NCBI GenBank assembly: GCA_023334545.1
Contig: JAADVB010000117.1
Location: forward strand, 1 to 54,021
DNA length: 54,021 nt
Direction: 5' to 3'
Source: Salisapilia sapeloensis CBS 127946
Taxonomy: Eukaryota; Protista; Oomycota
The notes under the pieces were generated by a model, which was not told where the DNA came from, made no database searches, and saw only the letters and a program-made list of their open reading frames with translations. Below, one piece after another: positions 13,153 through 22,000 of this stretch. The stretch's first letter is position 1. Each line of letters opens with the position of its first letter. The position numbers and the translations under genes were made by a program.

Positions 13153-13201
13153 GGTTTGCAGAGTGGAAGTAAAATGAAATGTGAAAGCATATACTATCCG
13201 G
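13153..13201 (-). promoter_or_regulatory. Putative core promoter of LRR gene A (oomycete initiator-like TCAYTYY, pyrimidine-rich)
   Basis: The minus strand reads CCGGATAG...TTTCACATTTCATTTTACTTCCACTCTGCAAACC-ATG. TCATTTT fits the oomycete initiator consensus, and the stretch is homologous to the upstream region of gene B. Confidence 0.45.
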
Positions 13202-14400
13202 TGAAAACATAAAGAATCAGCTTATGCACAGGAAGTGACCACACTCGAACAGCCGAGCAAATGTTCCAGTCCCATGGTTTCAAATTTGCTTGAGGTGCTT
13301 AAATGGTCACTTGCCATTGCATACACACGATGGGCGGTTGGGAGTTTACAACCACAGAAAACCATGACTGCATATATTTCTGTCTACACTTTGACTTTGT
13401 ACCTTCAATACGTGCAGTCGAGACATCATCGGTCCAAGCTGAATAGCTGACGAATGCACTAGAATGGACACACCTGCGCAGCATAAAAGTGAAAGAACAA
13501 TATCATTTTGGATCCAACCCATTTTTATCGCTCAGAGTCGACGCCGTACAGCTACATACCACAATGGGCATCTCTTCAAACTACACAAATGTATTCAATT
13601 ACACCGATGAAGAAGCACACACGACATACTGTGCTCCATCCACATCTACTTAATTGTCTTATTACTGGTAGCCTGCTCTAACCGGACGTGACGACCGCTG
13701 ATCGTTCCGTCAGCCAGTTTCGATCGTTCGTGTCCTGATTTTGTGTTTGTTCAGTCTGTTCATATGTTGAGTAAAGGCAGACTAAAAGGAAGTGAAGGTT
13801 TCTTGACAGGATTTTAGTATGCTGCATAGAAATATCTGTACAGACCAAAAAACACAAAATCAGGACACGAACGATCAAAACTGGCTGACGGAGCGATCGG
13901 CAGTCGCCACGCTCGGCTAGTGCCGATTGACAGCGCAAAGACGAGCAAGTAGATGTAGATGAAGTATAGTATGCTATGTGTGCTTTTCCATCGGAGTAAT
14001 TGAATACATTTGTGTAGTTTGAAGAGATGTCCGTTGTGGTATGTAGCTTTACAGCGTTGACGCTGGATACGAAGTATGCATTGAACCTGGAAAGTTACAT
14101 TTAACTTTTGTGAGTACAGTATGCGAGTGCGTGGCTTTTCATGTACTTGGTGTCGTTTTTGCCTGAGCCGATACATTTCCTCATTGCTAGTCATTGAAGG
14201 TACAAAGTCAAAATGTAGACATGAATTTATGCGTTCATGGGTTCCTGTGGCTATCAACTTACACTCGTCTGCCATGTGTAGTTAATAGCAAGTGAACAGC
14301 TGAGCACCTCGGGCAAATTTAAAATCATGGGGCCACAACATTTCCTCGGTTGTTTGAGTATGGTGACATCCTAGGTATAAGTTGATTCTCTGTGTCTATG

Positions 14401-14445
14401 CCGGATAGCCTAGGACTTCACTTTTGATTCTACTTCTACATTGCA
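14401..14445 (+). promoter_or_regulatory. Putative core promoter of LRR gene B (initiator-like TCACTTT)
   Basis: CCGGATAGCCTAGGACTTCACTTTTGATTCTACTTCTACATTGCA-ATG, which mirrors the gene A upstream sequence. Confidence 0.45.
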
Positions 14446-16859
14446 ATGACAACTATAATGAAGCATATTATCCGACATGTTCTCCCCCCTCTCATCCTCC
14501 TGAGCGTGTTGACTGGCACGCATGCCAACAACATTAACCTATTTCGCACCCCGTATCGGAAGAGAGGCATTGACGACATTCATCTTTCAAACTTAACCTT
14601 TTCATACGACATGGAGCATATGTAGATAAACATATAAAACGCCAGTAGAACATAATACTAACTTTTCTCTCACTGTAGTGACCTGAGACAGAACAAGATC
14701 ACAAAGCTTCATGCATACCAATTCCCACACGTCAAAATCCTGTACGGATATTGATATCGTAATAAATTACGCACATCTAGACTTATTTGATGCATGCAGT
14801 GACCTCGCCTGGAACCCTATCGAAGAAGTGACCGGAACGTTTTCAAACCTAGAGGAGCTGTACGTCTGATTGGGTTATGTCCAATGTGAAGTTCTGCACA
14901 AACTAAATTTTGATGCTACTAGGGATGTCAGCTCCTCGAGATTAAAAGTACTGGATGCAGCAAACTTTCCCAACCTTCACACAATGTAAAGCTTTATAAC
15001 TACGACCCTAGTTAGTCTATCACGTATTGACCCCTTAGCATGCATATATTAGCAATTGTAGTCATGGAAGTCTCCAGGAAATTCGTGGTAAATGGAGAAA
15101 CCTTAATAGCGCGTATGTACTATTATTTGCAGTACCATTGGTGTTCATTATTCGAAATACATACGAACAAGGCTTCTAAGGTTTCTCATATTTTAGTTTA
15201 TTAAGCAACAACAGCATTTCAACTTTCGACTCGGAACAATTTGGACACGCTACATCTATGTAAAGTGATTTGGTCTATATACTTAAAAGTAAGCCTTGGC
15301 TTACCGCATCCGTGTAGTCGCATTGACGCAAATCCAATCAAAACAATATTTGGAAAATTTTCAAATTTAAGAGATTTGTACGTCGGAGGTGATTATGACT
15401 AGTGCCCATACTACGCTGACTAAATGTTTCATGAAACAGGCACATGTCACGTACACTTTTCTCTGATGTGAAAGGAAAAAGTTTTCCTAACATTCGCAAG
15501 CTGTACGTATTTGTACCAACATTGTGGCGTAGATAATTTGCTATCATTTCTCTACCTTACACAAATTAGACGACTGAACGGAGGCAAATTAAAAAGAATT
15601 TCTGGCAGCTGGAACCTTCTCACCAGTTTGTAAGACTTCGACTATTGCCAGTTTACGACGGAATTTTTACTCTCTGGGTATACATAGGAATCTGGAAAGT
15701 AACCAGTTACACAGCTTTACAGCGAAGATGCCTAAGCTTCAAGAGGCGTAAGATATGGAAAGTAGGTCATTTTGCCTACGTTACTGACGCCTCATGTGTG
15801 AGCTAGGTATATTTCAAACAATAAGCTCACTGATTTTGACTGCGCCAAGATGAAGCTTCAGTACTTGTAAGGTTTATCTAATGTGTTGGGTGGCTTTGTC
15901 TAAATCTTGCAAATTTACTGCAGGGACTTGTCATCGAATTTACTGACGAAAGACAGTTTGCATGGAGATAAGTGTACAAGCCTCCAAACTGTGTACGTAC
16001 TAATGTGTTTTTCCTAGGCAGCATGGTACTAATCAGTTTGGATAGTGTTTTGAGTCGGAATAGCATTAGCACAATTGGCGATCCGCAAGCTCATACTCTC
16101 GGTTCGGTTTCAAAGCTGTACGTGACAGTACTTCAATATTTATCCTATAAAGCTCACATACTGAACGTATAACAGTGTCGCAGATCAAACGAAGTTAGAC
16201 TCATGGGATGGATCTTGGTTAAAGCTGAAGGAAGTGTGCGTATCTATTTACTACCAACGCTCCTCTTTACTCTGATATCGGATAAATTGAATGCAGATCT
16301 ATGGAAGATAATGGCATGACCGACGTTAGCGCATACATACCAGTGATCGAGAGAATGTATGACGTTATGCTAATTGACATTAAAACACTTTGTGCTAATA
16401 CATGGCACTTATCATGGACACTTTGTACATTCTAGGCAACTAAGCAACAATAAGCTGGCTGGTAGGCGATTCTATCCCAAGCCAAGGGTGAAGGAAGGAG
16501 GCTCAGGGTTTTTCTACACGAAAAAGAGCTGGTACTCGAAGCTCGCAAAATTGAAGTATCTGTAAGTAGACGTCTCAACATATTAAGTTTAAAGGCTGAA
16601 TAATGCTTCGATAACCGCATAGATATTTGAACGATAACGTAAAAAGAGATGAGAACGGCAATAAAATCAAACTGGAGATAAGGTTACGGATACCCGATTC
16701 ATGCCTAAAAGAAGTGTAAGTACCCTGTCTGTTGGTCGTGCCAGTGACATTTTGCTGCAACTGACTCACTTTCTCCACATTAGCTACCTCTTTCGCACAA
16801 AGCACGATTCAGACGATGTCATGGAACATCTCTGCTCCGATGCCGACTACGGAAAGTAG
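14446..16859 (+). CDS. LRR gene B: predicted secreted LRR protein, 18 exons, about 447 aa if it ends at TAG 16857-16859
   Basis: Manually spliced exons: 14446..14621, 14679..14741, 14800..14859, 14923..14985, 15053..15112, 15197..15259, 15318..15377, 15440..15502, 15570..15629, 15688..15747, 15807..15866, 15924..15992, 16046..16117, 16176..16235, 16297..16356, 16436..16561, 16623..16715, 16784..16859. All 17 introns are GT-AG and phase 2, with an open frame. It has a signal-peptide-like start (MTTIMKHIIRHVLPPLILLSVLTGTHA) and repeats DLRQNKITKL, DLAWNPIEEV, NLESNQLHSF, YISNNKLTDF and DLSSNLLT. A possible donor at 16856 means the gene could continue. Confidence 0.85.
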
Positions 16860-17540
16860 TTAAGGAAGCTTTTGCCTAAGAATTTAAAGTTCCTTGTCTC
16901 TTTAGCCTGCTTTCGAAAAGTCATTCTTTTACTATTCAGCATTCGCATATCCTTCTAAGAAGACCAAGAGACGACCAAGTTTAAAAGTGCTCAACTATGC
17001 TACATTTGATACGGGAATGATTTAAAAAACGCAAAGAGTAATTTGAAAATATTTCCTTTGTCACTACCTCTATAAGAAACCGCTTGTATGAACTTGTTTT
17101 GCAACCTTCATTTAAAAGTTATGGTAGGCGTCGACCGTACAGCTTCTTCAAGCAGTAAGCTCGATGTACGATACCGAATAGAATACGGATATACAATATT
17201 TCTGAAATTTCAGAAGGGAGCAAAGCATAGCAGTATAAAAGCAGGCTTTAAAATCACAAAGTGGTATTATTCATTCACCAAAATAAAATCTCTATTTGAA
17301 CAGCGTCCATAGTCATTTCTATTTTATTGTGCTAACGATACGAACTCGTCAGAAAACCATCTCAATCGGGAATGTATCATCAGAAATGTCAACTTGAAAT
17401 TAGCAATCCTCCATTCTCAAGGTTCCATCTGTCTAAAATCCAAAGTTGCTAAATCAACTTGCCTCATGAAGATGTTTTAGTAATATATATACATTCTGTA
17501 ATTCAATGCGTTAGTATATCTAAACTAGATGTAGAAATAA

Positions 17541-19020
17541 ATGACAACAAATAGTGACACAAACGCGAAAATGAACCGAACGAAGGAATTTGAGGAGCTT
17601 ACAGCAGGCGCAGCGGACGTGGTAGCTCCCAGAGCACTTCCGTCGCACCTTAAAACTTTTTCCGAGGAAGCCTCTACACTGGTAGGCTAAGTTAACTGCA
17701 TCTTTAACAAATTGCAAACGGTTATCGCTAATCTATGAGCTACGTATCCTCCAAAATGGCTACTTCGGAACTGATAGAAAGGCCATTTGGTAGCCATGGA
17801 AGCAGTGATGAAAGAAATGAAGCCAAAATACCTTACACCGAAGCGCGTTATCCGATTGAAGGGCTCCAATCTTCCAGAAAGCGATAAGGATGAATTTGAC
17901 CATGTACACACAACCTGTCTTGGCATTAATCTGCTTCGGCTATAAGGAGGTAATTTTTGCTCATTTTGACGCTGTATATAGAATATGACAGAGCTGGTCA
18001 AGCGTTTTGGTGTCAAGATTGATGAGCTGAAAGATTTTACATCAGCAAGCAGACTCTCCGTGACGCTCGTGGAGCATGAAAAAGAAATCGTCACATATCT
18101 ATTAGAGGTTTGGTTATGCCATTCCTAGTCGCTGATATTCCATTTGTTAATTGATTGATATTGCAATGCTCAGCGACTTAAAAGTCTGGCGGATACGACG
18201 AAAAAGATGCAAAAAGTGCGCTACGAGCAGCCGTTTCTGCTTTCTCCTCGGTAGAAATTGTGCATGCTCGAACTATATATTTCGGTATTTATTTTGATTG
18301 CATACACTAGACTACTTCCGGAAGAAGAGCGAGCAGATCTTGCATTCATTGAAGAGAAAGCTAAAAGGGAAGCGACGAGACCACTCTCGAAGACATGGGC
18401 GGACCAAGAGCTTTCATCACTTGATGAAAACAAGTCTACTCAACAATCAGTTGGCAACAACAGGAGCGAAGTCGCTAGAGCAAAAGCGTCTACAAATGAT
18501 TTCGAATATCAATTGCCAGAATGGGAATCAGATCATGAAGACGAAGTGAATCAATCGAATGGACTGGACAATGAAGAAAACAGGAGATTTCAAGCAGAGC
18601 AAATGCGGCTACATCGCCATTTGCAGGAAAACGTCGAGGATGCCAGGTACATATATACGCGACAGTTGTCTTGCTGAAGTAGCAGGTATCATTTAAATGG
18701 ACAAATAGACTTATGGAGACGAAGATGGCCGAAATTTCAAGCTTGATGGGCCAGTTTGCCGACAAAATCACGGAGCAGCAATCTGAAATCGAACTGATTC
18801 AGGAGCATGCACAGAGTACAAAGTCCAACCTCACAAAGGTAGTTTATCTCCACTTGGATTCTATGAATACCAGTTTACCAACGAATGACGGTGCTATGAA
18901 CAGAGCAATGAGATCTTGGAGAGCGCACGACAAATCGGAAGTGGATACGGCTTTATGATTTTCTGCATCTACGTCTTCTTCTCCATCCTTTTGCACTTGA
19001 TTCACTACATCAATAGATAA
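17541..19020 (+). CDS. STX18: Syntaxin-18/Ufe1/SYP81-type ER Qa-SNARE, 7 exons
   Basis: N-peptide MNRTKEF, helical region (LPESDKDEFDH; HEKEIVTYLLE), SNARE motif METKMAEISSLMGQFADKITEQQSEIELIQEHAQSTKSNLTK-SNEILESA, and a C-terminal TM (FMIFCIYVFFSILLHLIHYINR, stop at 19018-19020). Exons join through GT-AG introns. Confidence 0.85.
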
Positions 19021-19068
19021 ATGAATCATCTTTTGTCAACTACGACCTCTTCGTGTTGCGATATAGTC

Positions 19069-22000
19069 CTAGATGGCATCGATAGTCTCCTTGTCCAAAC
19101 CCTCGTAGCATGTGAGACCATCCGCATTGACCAGATCGTCCCGGGCTCCTTTCTTGAGCAAGTAGTCCATCAGGTCGTGGAATCCATACACATGACAGTA
19201 ATGAAGTATGCTTTGCCCATTGACCTATCGTAAAATTATCATGACATATGCCCAGGATAGCCAAAAGGATGACAGACGTACGTTCTGAGTGTTAATGTCG
19301 GCTCCCCGACGCAGACAGAGCTTCGCAATGCGCTTGTTGTTATTTTGACAAGCAACAGATAGCAACGTGTTTCCCAGCGCGTCTTTCGCGTCGATGTCTA
19401 GTGCCCAATCTGGACTAGTGACCATCTGCTCGCGCACGTTTCGCTCAATCCACTGTGTCAATTTCTTATAATATCGAAATACATACCGCCTCGAGCTCTT
19501 CATACTTGCCGTGACGACAAAGACTGAACAAGGAGTCAAGCTGCTGAGCGTGCAGCTGCTCTTCAGATACTTTTGCTGCCTGGTCACCCATGGTAGTCGG
19601 CTTATCACTGCCAATGTCCATCTTTGACAAGTAGTCTCCTCCCTCGGATATCTCTGACTGCTGAAGTAGGTTGCTTATAAACTCTGTGTTGAATACAGAC
19701 CGACCGGCTGACCAGGGAGAGTATCCCATGGCTACCCACTCCTCCAACGACGGCTTTGGCCAGATGACTCCAACTCCTTTGCCAACGTTCTATTATAGTC
19801 AAATACTTTTAGATACATGCTTGTGTTCGTATAGCTGATTTGAAAGTCTTTACAGTGTTCTTGTGAGAAGGCAAGTAGCTCGCTTCGAGAGGGCACGTCT
19901 TCGTTCCACTCACGACTTCCAAAAAGTCAGTTGGTAGTGTCGATACGTGCTGATGCAACTGTCCATCCGTGCCTGGCACCGCCGTCTGACTCTCGCCCGT
20001 GGCATCTACTGGCCGAGGTGTCCATGATTCTCCTTTACCAGGCAGTTTACGTCCTAGGAACCCAGGTTTCTTTTCATTCGAAATGTCGTTTTCATCTACA
20101 ATATCCGGTGGTGGGACGTCGGATGTAGATCGACTTGTAGAAAGAGGTGGCTCCGAACTCTCCTGCGATCGACTGGATAGCGCGAAAGACGGTAATAGTT
20201 CAATATCGTCATGAGAAGACTCCTCCGCTTGCTTCGATCCTTCTTTCCGAATGCCATCACTCGACTTTGGTCGCTGTTTCTTCCCCAGCGCTAGTCCCAT
20301 GCCAAGGCCAATGCCCAGCTGCAGCATTTCGCCACCTTTTGTGTCTTTCTCACTCTTCACATTCAACGCTTTCGTTATCGTCTGGATCCATCGTCTTGTT
20401 TCCGAATCAATATTGTCATCATTGTCTACGCTGGCATCGATTTGTATTGTACTAGCCTCTCGAGCTGTTTTCAGCTTGGGCTTAGCTTCTTTTGAGCCTA
20501 CTTTATTCGAGCAAAAGGAGAGTGCTGGGACTTGAATGCGCTCAATACCTTTTGGTTTGATCCTTTGTAATCCTCCCTCCTTTCTATCTTGCAATGATAC
20601 GCTAATGTTGTCCTTCTTGGCACTTACAGCAACCAATCGAAGTCTCCGATCTCGCATTTCGCTGTCCTCCATTGCCTTGTTCATATACTTCCGAACGTGC
20701 TCCTGTGAATAGCGAGCATTGTCAACACCCACTCCGACGGAAGCTTTTTCTCCGACACCATCCGCAACCACTCCGTCAACCTCACCATCCTTGCCTCGAT
20801 ACTTTTCAATTGGCAGAACAGGTCGACTCCAGTACGTCTCACCTGTGATCCGGTCGAACCAATACGGGATCCCATCATCCGTCTGGAACTGCTCATACGG
20901 ACTCGACTGAGCATACGCCCAACTACGATAGACAGTCCCACTGCAAACACCCATGGCGCCGTCCGGATCTGAGTTCTTCATGAAGTCTCCAGGTTGCTGT
21001 TGGCCTAGCGTCGTGAAGAACTGGGGCTGGTTGCGACTGGACTTGCCAATCCACAACAGGTGAACGAACTCTGCAGGCGAGTTCTCTTTCGTAGTAGCAA
21101 CACAAAAAACATAGTACCGATCGACATGAGTCGTTTGTGTCGGATTACGGGACGGTTGGTTGGCGCTCACGACGTCGCCTGACGGTCGGACAGCCACAGC
21201 TTGCACTACCGCCTCATCACTTCGATCCAGCTCATCCAAGAGTAAAAACGTCCGAAAGCCGTGACCTTCTTCTTCACCCGTTTGCTCTGGACGGTTGTAA
21301 GGAAAGCGTCTTCTTCGAAGCGCATCGGCCTCCGTCTCATCTTGCCTCCTCTTTGTTGCTAGTACAATTGTGGGTGGGCGACGGACATTCAGGGCATGCT
21401 CTAGCGGACGATATACATACGCTAAAGTTGTCGGATCCACTAGTAGGCATGCGTATTGTGCATTGTGATCTTTTGTGATGGATGGACAGATAGCTCGACG
21501 GTCGAATACGACAAACAGACCGAATTGGGCTGGCACGTACGTTGTGACGAGCATGTGGATCAGCAGTTGGACTGCAAACCCACCTATAGCCATGCCGTCT
21601 CCAGTCGGTTTCCGTTCAAACGTGGCAAAGAGAACGACAACGGGAGTAACGTGCTTTGTCCGGCGTGCTTCCGTGACTCCAACTGGGGGACTGCATGCCT
21701 TAATTTGCAAAAGAGCTTTCCTCGTTGCAGCGATTCCAGTACGAGCGCAAAGTCGTTCACACCAACTCACAACGTCCGCAGCATCCATAATAACATTTCC
21801 AACCGGAAGTGGAAGGTCATGAAGGTAGCTCGGTGTTGGCATCGGGACGCATCGTTTCGGTGGGAGCTCATAATGCCTAGGTTTATACAGTTCGATTGGT
21901 GTGCAGTATTCCGTTGCAAAGACCCAATTACACTGTTGAGGATAGGAAGGGTTCACCAAGACGACGTTTTGCAGCGTCTTAAATGACTGACCAGAGTAAT

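Larger units (their letters stand above)
13153..14445. repeat. Non-coding core of a large imperfect palindrome (inverted duplication) centred at 13798-13801
   Basis: 13678..13759 pairs with 13840..13920 (about 71/82 identical by hand count). 13569..13602 is the exact reverse complement of 13996..14029 (34/34), and 13390..13409 of 14193..14212 (20/20). CCGGATAG occurs at 13194..13201 (minus) and 14401..14408 (plus). Symmetry continues into both LRR genes. Confidence 0.95.

Noticed and set aside
13678-13920. Hairpin with ~82-bp arms and flanking TA, first read as a MITE
   Set aside because: Symmetric homology continues in register outward through the whole intergenic region into both genes and inward to a 4-nt loop. 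It is the centre of a large palindrome, not an inserted element with discrete TIRs.
13814-14275. 153-aa minus-strand ORF in the LRR intergenic region
   Set aside because: No protein-like features, and the mirror-image arm does not preserve an equivalent ORF.
14446-14621. RxLR or Crinkler effector motif after the signal peptides of the LRR genes
   Set aside because: No RxLR-dEER or LxLFLAK is present in either N-terminus. NLFRTPYRKR is only superficially similar.
11089-16859. CRISPR-like or tandem DNA repeat array suggested by the ~120-nt periodicity
   Set aside because: The periodicity comes from alternating ~60-nt exons and ~55-85-nt introns. There are no identical direct repeats, and the DNA is eukaryotic.
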